Shown here piece by piece: positions 39,449 through 51,880 of a stretch of 64,000 nucleotides of DNA; within the stretch, counting starts at the first letter, position 1; every line of letters starts with the position of its first letter. The position numbers and the translations under genes were made by a program. Source of the stretch: Octopus vulgaris (Eukaryota). Location: positions 87,420,001-87,484,000 of the forward strand of contig OX597816.1 of NCBI GenBank assembly GCA_951406725.2. Direction: 5' to 3'. The notes under the pieces are model-generated. The model ran no database searches, had not been told where the DNA came from, and saw nothing but the letters and a program-made list of their open reading frames with translations.

Positions 39449-40753
39449 ATGTACTTTAAACAATATTTATCTCACACCAGATGAAGTACTTTTGTTGTTG
39501 ATCTTGCCTTAATGGAAAAGTAAACTATATATATATATATATATGCATACAAACCATAGGGGCCACAATGTGGATCGTTGACTTGCCAGAAACAACTGTG
39601 AAGTCTCTTCCAAATCACTGCTCGCCTTCACGCGCACACCCAACTTATAAAAAAGATACAAACTTGGTTACCTTGCAACTAAGTTAAAACTAGATGGTCA
39701 TAGTTGGAATGCCTTTGATTGTACTGATCTAAGGCTAAGCAACAACACCATTTCTCCACATTGCCTGCTTGGTGAATAAAGCTATCCACATAGGCACGCA
39801 TGTCAAACCATGTTATTTCTTATCCTTCTCACATAGCAACAGCAACAAAATGCTTTTGAATATTAAGTATATAGCACTAGCTATACACATACTCACTTTT
39901 TCTCACCATATTATTTTCTGGACTTTTGCCAAGATATTAGTTTCTGTGTATGCGTGTGTTCACTCACCCTACTCACAAATGTGTGTTTATATAATAATAC
40001 GTGTACATGTGTGTATACTTACACGATAAAACACAAAAGAAACACAATTTTCTGCAGAATTAGCAGGCCATGAAATAGCACTTCCAGCATCTGGGGTATC
40101 TCAAGGGTGGCGATCTGAAGGGAAGCAAAAACACAAACCTCCCCTGCTGGAATGTCACCAGGGTTGTTTCTACACTATTCAACTCTATTTACTATACACC
40201 TCTCCCTTCCTAACATCTACTGTGTATCTAGCTAGGTGAAAAATAAATGGATTTACAAACTGCAATTTGGTAGACTTAGCTGCTTTCTATAACTACATCT
40301 GTTTTCATTTCATTATTTCTTTATACACACTTACACACACACACACAAACACACATATGTTGCTTTTTTGTACATCTTTTTGTTCTTCCATCTTCTTGGT
40401 TCCTTCTCTCTAGTTACCTGAAAGCTTTCTTTCCGTTTCTTTACCGTTTTCTTCACTCTTTAACTCTGGTGTTCCATCTTTTATTATGCTGTCCACTTCT
40501 GTCTTTATGCTGTTTACTTTGTCTGTTGTTGTTGACCATGTCCTGTCTTGTTTACATATTCCACAGTGTTTACTTTGTCTCATGTTGTTCAGTTTGACTT
40601 ATATAACCTTCCTTTAACTTGCTTTCATTTGTTTTGTTTTTTTCCAGACTTTCTTATTTCATTTATTTTTTTTCCATAAACTTTTGGTTAGAAGAGAATC
40701 GGTTAGATAGATAACATAATGTGTTATCTATGCATGGGTTATGAGTTCAAAAT

Positions 40754-40932
40754 CAGTGGTATATCTAGAATGTGTATGCCACCTGGGGCAGTCTTTGAGC
40801 TTACCGCCCTCCACCCTGTCCCAGTCCCTCAGCTTATAACGGCTTAAACAGCATACCCAAAAGTTCCACTCCCATAAAAGTGAGGCCTGGGGCAAACTTC
40901 CACCCTCACCTCACCCACCAGCTACACTACTG
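40754..40932. mobile_element. hAT-type MITE
   Basis: TIRs cagtggtatatctag / ccagctacactactg; 8-bp TSD ttcaaaat / ttcaaagt. Confidence 0.7.
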
Positions 40933-41608
40933 TTCAAAGTTGCTTGTTTTTGGTTAGGTAACTAAGCAAAAACAAAAATTACATTCCTTCATCTCATTGA
41001 GTTCTCAGAATATAGATACTAGATCACCTGGGAATGCATACCCTGGGTGTGTGTAGAGGGTTTGTCTCTCTTGCCTTGTCTGCTCCCAGCTATATACAAT
41101 GGAATTATGCAATGATTCCCCTGGGATGGGGGCAAAGCTTAAAATACATTTATGTTTTTTTTCCTCTCTCGCTGTTACTAGAATATGGAACTGATACTAC
41201 ACTTTGACTCAAGCCCTTGACTACTAAAGCATTCCAAAATTTATATCTGACGGTTATGGCATTCTGTGAGTCATTGAGAGCGCCTGTCCGTGGTTACATG
41301 ATGTACTAGAAGTAACAACCAAATTGCCCTCAAAATCACACCCTTTCAGGTTGGAGAAGGAAAGAACACATTGAATATATATATATATATATGTTCCTCC
41401 TGTCAGAAATGTCTGTGATCATAGATCTGCTCACTCAAAGCTGACCTTGGGTGAAACAACAACTATGTTGTTGGAATAACAGTAACGACGTGACTCAAGT
41501 CAACAAGGAAAAGTCTAGGGCCCTCTCGACCTAGTGCAATATTCAGCCCAATCCTTCTGACGTCATCTGGCCTCCCATCTTAGTCAAGGTAGGATATCTA
41601 TGTTTCTA

Positions 41609-41640
<32 letters not shown>

Positions 41641-41893
41641 ATGTATGTATATATATAAAGAGAGGTGTTTGTGTGTGTATATAGGTAGTGAGAGAGAGAA
41701 AGATCTATATATGAGTATATAACTGTGTGTGTGTCTGTGTATACATATAAACACATATATAAATGAATATATGAAATAAAAATAAATGAATCAAAATGAA
41801 AGAAAAATATTTGGCAAGAATATTTTAACCGGGCAATAATTGAATTGGCACAGCAGTTTATCTCAAATGTGCATATGGGTGAATGAGTGTATG

Positions 41894-41940
<47 letters not shown>

Positions 41941-42019
41941 ATAAAAGATTATAGAGAAGGGTGAAGACAGAGAGGTGAAAGAACAATGTACATCAAGCAT
42001 AGTAATGATAATATTGGTG

Positions 42020-42218
42020 ATGATGAGATGGCCATGATGATGATGGTGTTGATGACGTTGATGATGATGATGATGATGACGGCCATGTGGCGTCGGCGTC
42101 AGTTGGTTTCTCTGGTGGCAGTGGTGAGGAATGTCTGCAAGCTTTCGAATTTTACTTCTCATGCTTGTACTTCTTCACACCGCCATTTATTCCGCTAAAC
42201 TTATCTACCAATGTTACC

Positions 42219-42255
<37 letters not shown>

Positions 42256-42412
42256 TCTCTTAACATACTCTGTCAATTTCAAAAGCTGCTGGGGTTAAAT
42301 TGTAGGGACAATTTGGATATAGTTATGGATGATTCATCTCTCTCTCTCTTTCTCTCCCTCCCTGGGAATGGGTTGGTTTTCACATTTTTCTTTCTCCTCT
42401 CATTTCCTCCAC

Positions 42413-42467
<55 letters not shown>

Positions 42468-42527
42468 AATAATAGTAATAATAATAGTAATAATAATAGT
42501 AATAATAATAATAATAATAGTAATAAT
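42020..42527. repeat. Trinucleotide microsatellite cluster (GAT)n, (CAT)n, (TTA)n, (TAA)n
   Basis: Directly visible; source of the poly-M/H/I/L ORFs. Confidence 0.95.
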
Positions 42528-43057
42528 GGTGAGTGATGGCAGGATCAGCGGAGAATTAGAGAAAATACCTTTTGGTATTTTATGTCTTTAAGATCAAGTT
42601 CTTCTGATTAGCTTGACTTTGGCTTCCATTCTCCTGTGGCAGTTGGCTTTCATTCTCTTGTGGCGAGTGTTAATAAAATAGGTTCCTACTTTTCCAGTAT
42701 CATACTCTTGGGCCAGTGACAGAAATTCTTGTTTGTTTCTTATTATACTCTTTTCATTCATTGGCTTTTAGCCATGCAGTCACACACACACTGCCTTAAA
42801 GGGATTTTGTTGATCATAGAGATCCCAGCCCCTATTCAAGCCTGTTAATTACTTTATCAATTCTTGATATAGACATATTGTATATTCAGACAGTAAGCTT
42901 CCATATAAATTTCTGCCTTCCAAATTCCACTCTAAAGATACTGTCGAACCTCAGACAATGGTCAAAGACTGCTATAAGTGCCACAAAGTGGATCTGAGCT
43001 CCTTAACCACACATACTACTACTACTACTACTACTACATCCACTATTGATAATATTA

Positions 43058-43858
43058 AGGCGGAGAGCTGGCAAAATCGTTAGCATGCTGGCATTTTGTG
43101 CTTAATGGCATTTTGTCTTTCTTTATTTCGGAATTCGAATCCTGCCAAAGTCAACTTTACTTTCATCCTTTCAGAGGTTGATAAAATAAGTACCAGCCAA
43201 GCACTGGGTTTGATGTAGTTGACTAGCCCTTGCCCTGAAAATTTTAGGCCTTGTGCCTGTAGTATATTTTATTTGTTTTAAGGCAGCGAGCTGGTAGAAG
43301 CATTAGCACACTGGATGAAATGCTTAGTGGTATTTTGTCTGTCTTTACATTCTGAGTTCAAATTCCAGTGAGGTCGACTTTGCCTTTCATCCTTTCAGGG
43401 TTGATAAATTAAGTACCAGTTGCATACTGGGTCGATCTAATTGACTGGCCCTTCCCCCCAAAACTTCAGGCCTTGTGCCTGGAGTAGAAAAGTATATTCT
43501 ACTTGTTTCAGTCATTCACCTGTGGCCATGCTAGGGCACTGCTTTGAAAGAATTTTAGTTGAATGAATTTACCCTACTGTGTATTTTTTTTAAGCCTAAT
43601 ACTTATTTTATTGGTCTTATTTGCTGTACTGATAAGTTATGGGGATGTAAACACATTGGTTGTCAAGCATTGGTGACGCACACATGCACACACATGGTGA
43701 CTCACACATTGGTGACACACACATGCACAGCAGGTTTCTTTCAGTTTCTGTCTACCAAATCCACTGATAAGGATTTGTTCAGCTTGAAGCTATAGTAGAA
43801 GAATTGAACCTGGAACCATGTGATTGGGAAGAAAGCTTCTTACTACACTGCCATACCT
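43058..43858. mobile_element. SINE cluster: two family A (+) and one family B (-)
   Basis: Heads at about 43058 and 43281; the family B 3' end starts at about 43498; many CpG sites appear as TG/CA. Confidence 0.85.
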
Positions 43859-44039
43859 AGGTTTGACAGAATCACTACTGCACTAAACCTAATGCTTCAC
43901 AGTATTTCTCTTCTGGCTCTTTATATTCTGAGTTCAAATTCTGCCATTTTCAACTTAATCTTTAATCCTTTCAGGGGTTGATAAAATAAATACTAGTTGA
44001 ACACCAGGTTCAATGTAATTGACCTGCCCCTCTCCTCTA

Positions 44040-44520
44040 AAAGTGTTTCTTAGTTAAGGAACAAGTCCATGAGTAGTTGGTTATATCAATCCTAAGCACT
44101 GTCATTGTTGGGTCCAAAGCAGGGATCATGCTCTTGATCTTATCAGGATGCCTTAGAATTTGAGAGCTTAATGTGTTAAACAGCTGCAAAAGTTTACAGT
44201 TGTAGGAAAAACATGAGTGGGAAGGAAATTCCAATGGGATGATGTTCTGGGGATAAGAATTGATTCAGTTCCAGGATTTTTATGGGATGAAGTGCAAGAG
44301 GGATAAAATTATCTCTCTGGATAAGACAGTCTATTTCATAGCATTGGGTAAACAGCTAATGTTACCTAGATGAGTAACCATTTTCTGTATAGATAGCTAA
44401 GTTCATATTTGTGGCAGAGTAGATAACCTAAAGTGTTCTTGTGGAACACAGTGAAAGAATTCTTGAAGTAAATTTGAATTTACAGACTATAGAGAAGCAT
44501 GTATGTCATTTGATGCCTTA
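44040..44520 (-). mobile_element. Decayed Jockey/CR1-group LINE 3' fragment
   Basis: Minus strand encodes ..PRT..HWNFLPTHVFPTTVN.LQLFN, the typical WN.LP..VFP ORF2 end; frameshifted. Confidence 0.5.
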
Positions 44521-44557
44521 TCTACCTAATACTGTTGCTGCCTCTTCAGAAATGGTA

Positions 44558-44996
44558 TTAAGCCTTTTGGTACCAAACTGCTTGATACTACTATCTTTGG
44601 TTTTGATATAAACTTCTGGTTTCAAAGCGATGTGAATTAAAATATTGCATCAAAATTTCATGTTAATTTATGTTCCAAACACCGACTTAATAATCTTTTC
44701 TAGAATAGGCACAAGGCCTGAAGTTTTGTGGGGAGGGGCTAGTTTAGTGGATTATATAGACCCCAGTTCCCAGCTGTATATTTTATTGACCCTAAATGGA
44801 TGAAAATCAAAGTTGACTATCACAGAATTTAAACAGAGAACAATAAGACCAATAAGCATTTTGTCTGGCATCTTAATGATTCTGCCAGCTTCCCACCTTT
44901 ACCTGCTTAATAATGGCAGTTGTTTTACTAAATTCCTTATTTTCAATATTAATCGAAACAAAGGACATGTATTTTAACAGAAATATGATATAAAGG
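44558..44996. mobile_element. TTAA-ended MITE interrupted by a family A SINE (44695-44905, minus)
   Basis: Colinear with 61299-61531; the SINE is flanked by TSD cttaataat (44686-44694 and 44906-44914). Confidence 0.7.
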
Positions 44997-45249
44997 GTGG
45001 AGGCACGTGGCTTGATGGTTAGGGTGACAGCATCATGATCGTAAGATTGTGGTTTCGATTCCTGGACCGGGCGATGCGTTGTGTTCTTGAACAAAACACT
45101 TCATTTCACGTTGCTCCAGTCTACTGAGCTGGCAAAAATGAGTAACGCTGTGATGGACTGGCATCCCATCCAGCTGGTGAACACATACGCCATGGAAACC
45201 GGGCCCATGAGCCTGGCTAGGCTTTAGAATGGCGCATTTATTTATTTTT
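44997..45249 (+). mobile_element. SINE family C, full length, with 13-bp TSD
   Basis: A box ggcacgtggcttgatggttagg, B box ggtttcgattcc, body gtgatggactggcatcccatccag, (TTTA)n tail; TSD tatgatataaagg at 44984-44996 and 45250-45262. Partial minus copy at about 56095-56230. Confidence 0.9.
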
Positions 45250-46235
45250 TATGATATAAAGGAGGATTATAATAGATACTCTGGGAGCCTATACATATTT
45301 GATTGACCTGCTAAAAATAACGACAAAATTTCCCTCAAATCACAGCCCACACAAACACATTGGATAAGGTGGTCTTCGGTTCCTTTCATATATTGAAGAA
45401 AAAAAACAAAACAGATGGGGTGGTTTTAGCTGCAATGCGTTTGTTTATTAGCTTGCTTGATTAGGACTACCCTTAGACAAAACAGCAATAATATTTAAAA
45501 GATTGGCACTCTTTTGTCTAACCAGCTGGCTATCTTCCATATCTTTCTTTTTTGTGCATAAATGAATATAAATTCTTGTATCGAAGTGAACATCATCCTC
45601 TGCTACTTGTTCATTACGCATGATAAATAAATACATGATGGACTGCAGATGGTCGACACCTCTCCTTTGCAATGTTTTGATATTCTGACAATTAGAAAAC
45701 TAAGATCGTTATCATTTTTTTTTTGCACACCATGTGGAACAGGTAAAGGCCGTGTGGTTCAAAAAGTTCAATTTGCAACCGTATGGTCCCAGTTTCATTT
45801 CTAATGCATGGCACATTGGGCGAGTGTCTTCGACTATATATCCAAGTGGACCGATTATGAATGAATTTGGTAAACCAAAACTGTGTGTAAGCCTTATCAG
45901 TTATATATTAAGGTAGTGTCTCGAAACTGAGAAAGACAGTTCTGCCTTTTGTTGTTGAATAACCTGCAGATCTGATTTGTTTATTGTGATCAGATGTTTG
46001 TGCTGCACATGAGTTCATTACCTCCAAATTGACATTGCCTGTACAGGTGCATGGGGAACCACATTTGAGACGATGAATTGGTTGCAGAGTAATATGAGCT
46101 GAAATGTCTTGCTCAAGAACATGATGCACTGCCCAGTGTGGGAATCAAATCCATGAGTGTACAATCATGTGTACAACACCTTAACTGCCAGGCCACATGC
46201 CTTAGGGTATGTGTGTGTGTGTGTGTTTATATATA

Positions 46236-46602
46236 GGTGCAGGAGTGGCTGTGTGGTAAGAAGCTTGCTTCTCAATCACATGGTTCCGTCCCACTGTGTG
46301 GTACCTTGGGCAAGTGACTTCTACTATAGCCTCGGGCCAACCAAAGCCTTGTGAGTGGATATGGTAGACAGAAACTGAAAGAAGCTTGTTGTATATATAT
46401 CTATTTGTGTGTTTGTATTTGTCCCCCCGCCATCACCACTTGACAACTGGTGTGGGTGTGTTTGTCCCCATAACTTGACAGTTCAGCAAAAGTGACCAAT
46501 AGAATAAGTATCAGGCTTTAAAAGTGAGGTTAATTCATTTGATTAAAAATTCAAGGCGGTGACCCAGCATGGCCGCAGTCTAATGACTGAAACACATAAA
46601 AG
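46236..46602 (+). mobile_element. SINE family B, full length
   Basis: ggtgcaggagtggctgtgtggtaagaagcttgc...cagcatggccgcagtctaatgactgaaac. Confidence 0.9.
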
Positions 46603-46611
46603 ATATATATA

Positions 46612-47257
46612 CAGTAATGCCTTGATAAATGAGTTAATTTGTTCCTGGAGATCATTTGTAAAGTAAAAACTTGTGAAGCAGAGCAATAATTTCCCTTAGT
46701 AGCAATGATATAAATTGTTATTCGTTTCCAGAAAAATATTTTACCTTTAAAATTTATAATATTGGTAAATAAATGGCAAAATGCAAAGAGTATTTTTATG
46801 TAGAGTAAAAGGAATGTCAAGATCATTTATAATAAAAAATATTATTATAAACGATTTCTGAATCACTTTCACTCGCACTGGATTTGCACACACCATCACT
46901 TGTAGACATGATTGCTGATTCACAAACACTCATAGACAGACTTGTAGATTTCTTTTTAAAAGAGAAGTGTAGAGTTGTTTACTTAGAAAAAGCATTTTTT
47001 TCACTCTCTATAAAATTCTTGGTAGTACTTAGAAGCATTTGTCATGGTAGAAGAAACTTTTGCACTTCGTTTCAGATTTGGATCTTGTGCTTGAAAAATT
47101 TCCAAGGCTTTATCCAAATGTTGAAATGCTTCCACAAGTCCTTTCAACATGAATGCATTACCTGGTGTTTCATTCAGTGTCCTTTTCTTATTCTTTTGTT
47201 GCCTGCATCACTATATGCAGCTGTGTAGAACCACTGTTGCCACTTGTTGTGATGTTG

Positions 47258-47295
<38 letters not shown>

Positions 47296-47520
47296 GCCAT
47301 TTAACCTTTTTATATTTATTATAAAATAAAATTCGTACACCCTGGGTCACTAAACTTTTTTTTTTCCTTGATAGCCATTTGACCAATTGACCACAGTGTT
47401 TCTCTACTTCTGCGAGGTGAAGAGTTAAGTTTGTCTTTGTATAGATTCTGATGAGCTGTCCACAAGTTTGTGGCTTTCAAAGATTTGAAGCCATTGGTCA
47501 TTCTATGACCAGACTTTAAC
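46612..47520 (-). mobile_element. Tigger/pogo transposon 3' remnant with decayed transposase C-terminus
   Basis: TA|cagtaatgccttgataaatgagttaatttgttcc TIR at 46612. Minus strand about 46998-47168 encodes TPGNAFMLKGLVEAFQHLDKALEIFQAQDPNLKRSAKVSSTMTNASKYYQEFYRE*, matching the Tigger1-type FEAQDPN.ER..KV motif (not in the ORF track). Confidence 0.85.
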
Positions 47521-47561
47521 TTTAGTGATTTAATACTAATTTACTGCTCTGTTCTTTAGAG

Positions 47562-48470
47562 CAGTGTTTCTCAACCTTTTTACCCTTGTGTAATCACATG
47601 CTCATGCGCGCCTGCACACCCACGCATATGCTTGTCCACACTCACTTGAGACACACACATGCACATGCGCACCCACACATTTGCCAAAGAAAATATATAT
47701 ATACATACCTGAACACACGCTCACAGAGACGCGCTCAAAAAAGTTTATATACACGTCTATATACGCACATGTACAAGAAAAAGACAGGGTGGAAGGCAAA
47801 ATACAGAAAAATGTGTAAAAAATAAAGCAATAAGTATATAAAAAGTAAAGGAGTAAAAGTGCTCATAGCAAATGCATATGCACGCATGTACATACATACA
47901 CTTGCATGCACGCACACCCACTACTTGAAATGCACACATGCGTCAAAAATATACATACCCGCACACACGCTCACATACACCCGTGCATATACACATCTAT
48001 ATACGCACATGCACAGGAAAAAACCAGCGTGAAAGGTAAAAACGAGACAAAATGTGTAAAGATATATAAAGCAATAAAAATATAAAAAGTAAAAGAGTAA
48101 AAATGCTCATAGCAATCGCGTATGCATGCATGCACACCCACGTACATGTGCCTATGTGCATATACTCTTCCACACTCGCTTAAAACGCACATGCGTACTC
48201 ACACGCACACAAAAAATATATAATATATATATACATACCTGCACACATGCACAAAAAAATTTCATATACACGCCTATATACGCACATGCACAAGAAAAAT
48301 TGCAGGGTGGAAGGTAAAAATACAGAAGAAATGTGTAAAACATATATGAGCAATAAAAATATAAAAAAATATATATATCTATAAATCTGTAAAAAAATAT
48401 GTAAAAAATATATAAGAAATATAAATAAAAAGTATAGAGAAATAAAAAGCTCATACATGGACACAATATA
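47562..48470 (+). repeat. hAT-like left end followed by three degenerate tandem units of about 240-280 bp
   Basis: cagtgtttctcaaccttttt at 47562; anchor tatatacgcacatg at about 47758, 47998 and 48276, each followed by cag(g/c)gtg(g/a)aagg(c/t)aaaa..aaatgtgtaaa. Confidence 0.75.
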
Positions 48471-49494
48471 AATAGCAAGTACTATTTGTGATCATAACCT
48501 CACCTAAACGCCCGGTATTTTAAAGTGGTTGGTGCCACTTTGCACCAGAGGCTGTGTGCATGTCGGATCCGTCTAACACAGATAGAACTTGCTTTTTATA
48601 ATTGTTGTATTACCATTACTATCAATATATATATATATATATATATACACATACATAAAAGTGTGTATTTTCCCCTCCACCATTCCACAACCAGTGTTGG
48701 TTTGTTAGTGTCCTTTTAACCTAGCAGTTTGGCAAAAGTTCCAGATTTTAAACAAAATAAGTACTGGGGGCCAGTCAATTTTAGTTTCCAGTGCCCCAGT
48801 TTGGCTGCAATCCAATGATTGACACGAGTAAAAGATAAAAGATAGACACACAGACACCTCTATACATGCACATAGACATAGACATGACAGATAAACAGGC
48901 AGACACCTAATCAGACTTAGACGTTGATGTAGATATTTATAAAAACATCTCAGTGTTGTGCACTGTCTGCACTGTTGCCCTTGCACGAATGACATTCCTA
49001 CAGTTTCAAGAGAGGGGCTAGAAAAAAGAACAAACAAAAAAAAACTGTATCATGCCATGTACATGCAATGAGACACGTTGACAAAATGGACAGCTAGTGA
49101 AATCACTTCATAAATCTAGTATCAAATGCTACGTGCTGCAGCTGGCGTAGACACACTGCTAAGTCGTTTGCAGAGTACCTGGTGCAATGCACTCACTTTG
49201 ACCTGGTACAGCTCATCGCATTATTTGGCTTTCTCACCATTAAAGTTTGTTTCAGAAAGTAAATAAAAGATAATAGATAAGACTGGTTGTTGTTGTTGTG
49301 GTGGTGGTGGTGGCAGTGGCGTTGTCGGTGGTGGAGGTACTGGTTGTGTTTGCTGTGATAGTACTGCGATTTGGAGTTTGGTAGCTGTGTATATCATTAA
49401 TGGTTGTTGTGAGATCGTTACTGTAGTGATTGTAAAGTTTGTTTTGGTAGCAGTTGTGGTTATAATAATTATATTTTAATTATGATTAATAAAA

Positions 49495-50925
49495 TGGTGG
49501 TGAGCTGGCAGAATTGTTAGCATACCGTGTGAAATGCTTAGTGGTATTTTGTCTGCCGTTACGTTCTGAGTTCAAATTCCGCCGAGGTCGACTTTGCCTT
49601 TCATCCTTTTGGGGTCAGTTAAATAAGTACCAGTTACGCACTGGGGTCAATATAATTGACTTAGTCCGTTTGTCTATCCTTGTTTGTCCCTTCTGTGTTT
49701 AGCCCCTTGTGGGTAGAAAAGAAATAGGTATTTCATCTGTTCTCACTTTCTGAGTTCAAATTCTGCAGAGATTGACTTTTACCTTCATCCTTTTGGAGTT
49801 GATAAAATAAGTAGTGGTTGTTGGGGTTGATGTATTTGACTTACTCACTACCCTGAAGTTGCTGGCATTGTGCTAAAATTTGAAACTAATTTCAATTAAT
49901 AATGAAGCTCTTGATTGTACTTACTCTTGTGAATAGTGGGATACTGTTCGTAATTAGATTTCTCACATAGTTAGGTACTTCATGTCATTCCGTTAATCCT
50001 ATTATTCCAATCCCTATTTAATATTAATTCTTTTTAAGGTGACGAGCTGGCAGAAATGTTAGCATGCCAGGTGGAATGCTTAGCAATAGTTTGTCTGTCT
50101 TTATACTCTGAGTTCAAATTCCACCGAGGTCAACTTTGCTTTTCATTCTTTCGGGGTCGATAAATTAAGTACCAGTTGCACACTGGGGTCGATCTAATCA
50201 ACTGGAACCCCTCCCCCCACCAAAAATTTTGGGCCTTATGCCTAGAATAGAAAAGAATATCCGTTTTAAGGTGGCGAGCCAGCAGAATTGTTGGCATGTT
50301 GAGCAAAATGCTCAGCAACATGTCGTCCCACTTTATATTCTAGGCTCAAATTCCACTGAAGTTGACCTTGCTTTTCATCCTTTCGGGAACAATAACAGTA
50401 CCAGGTAAGCCCTGGGGTTGATGTAATTGACTTATTCCCTCCTTCAAACTTGTTGACCGTGAGCCAAAATTTGAAACCATCATTAATTCCTTCTAATTTT
50501 ACCTCAGTCAGCAATTTTTAGAGGGGTAAGTTGATTAAATTGCCCTTGGTAATTACTTGGTACGTTATTTTATCAACCCAAAAAGAATGAAAGCCAAAGT
50601 TGTTCCCAGTGGGATTTGATCTCAGAACATATGGGAGCCTGAAGAAATGCTGCTAAGCATTTTATCCAGCGGCACTAATGCTTCTGCCAGCTCACTGCCT
50701 TCCGGATTGATATTGGTTTCAATCTTTGGCACAAGGCCAGCTATTTTGGGGGAGGGGGTATATCAATTACATCAACCTTAGTGCTTAACAGGTACTTATT
50801 TTATCAACAACGAAAGAAAGGCAAAGTTGACTACGACAGTATTTGAACTCAGAATCTAAAGACAAATGAAATGCTACGAAGCATTTCACCTGGTGTGCTA
50901 ATAATACTGCCAGCTTGGCGCCTTC
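49495..50925. mobile_element. Dense family A SINE cluster (plus copies 49495-49890, 50037-50260, 50268-50482; minus copies 50515-50700, 50713-50925)
   Basis: Repeated gagctggcagaa heads and gcctttcatcctttcggggtcgat cores in both orientations. Confidence 0.9.
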
Positions 50926-51839
50926 TTCCAAAATAATATTAATAACAATCAATGACCTGTTGGTTTTCATAATAGGTGTGTTGGTTGAGAAAACGACACA
51001 CTATGTAGTCACATCTTCACTTTTGAGTTTATTTCTTGCTTGAGTCTACTTTGACTTTAATCTAACTAGGCTCAATGAAATAAAGCCCAGATCAATTCTG
51101 AGTAAGGGAAGAGAAGGGTTGGAGTTTGCTTTGCATCTCTATCCCTGTGTTAGAAATGATCAAACTTAGCAAGATCCCTAAGGTATGAACTGATATAACA
51201 TGATAGTGATGATGATGATGATGATGGTTGGTATTTACTAGTAAGTTCTTCAGGCCCCTCATCAGTACTTCAAGTTGCAGTCTCATTGACTGTGTTTCGA
51301 GTAGGGATTCACACATGTTTATTTATTTATTCTCCATCTAAAAAAAAAAAAATCATGTCTGATATATAAGAAGAGACCCGCAGAAAGGAAAAGACCAAAG
51401 AAAAGCTAGTAAGAAATGGAGAAATTCTGTGCAAACCATATACATGCACGTTGAGAAAACAAAACTTTGATGATTATGTGTGTGTGTGTGTATGAAATGA
51501 AAGAAATATGTGCTTGATATTATTATTTAAGTATATTTTCTGTAATTTGTGTGTGCATGTGTTCATGTGTATCTCTTTCATGTCTGCCTTCTTCCCACAC
51601 AAACAACTATTCCTCCTTACTTCAAATGAGATAAGAAGACAACAATGCCCAATGGCTAGAAACTGAACAAGTTTAGTGTATGTATGTATTTAAAATTATG
51701 TGTGTGTGTGTGTGTGTGTGTACTGCATCATTTTGCTCACTCACCTGTCAAATACAGAATCTGAGATGAAGTGTAGTGGTGGTGATGGTAGTTAGTTGTG
51801 AAGGTACTGCTAGTGAAGAGTATGAAGTAAGTCAAAGTG

Positions 51840-51880
<41 letters not shown>

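Noticed and set aside
44997-45070. tRNA gene (also other A/B-box heads)
   Set aside because: No full cloverleaf; continues into a SINE body with tail and TSD.
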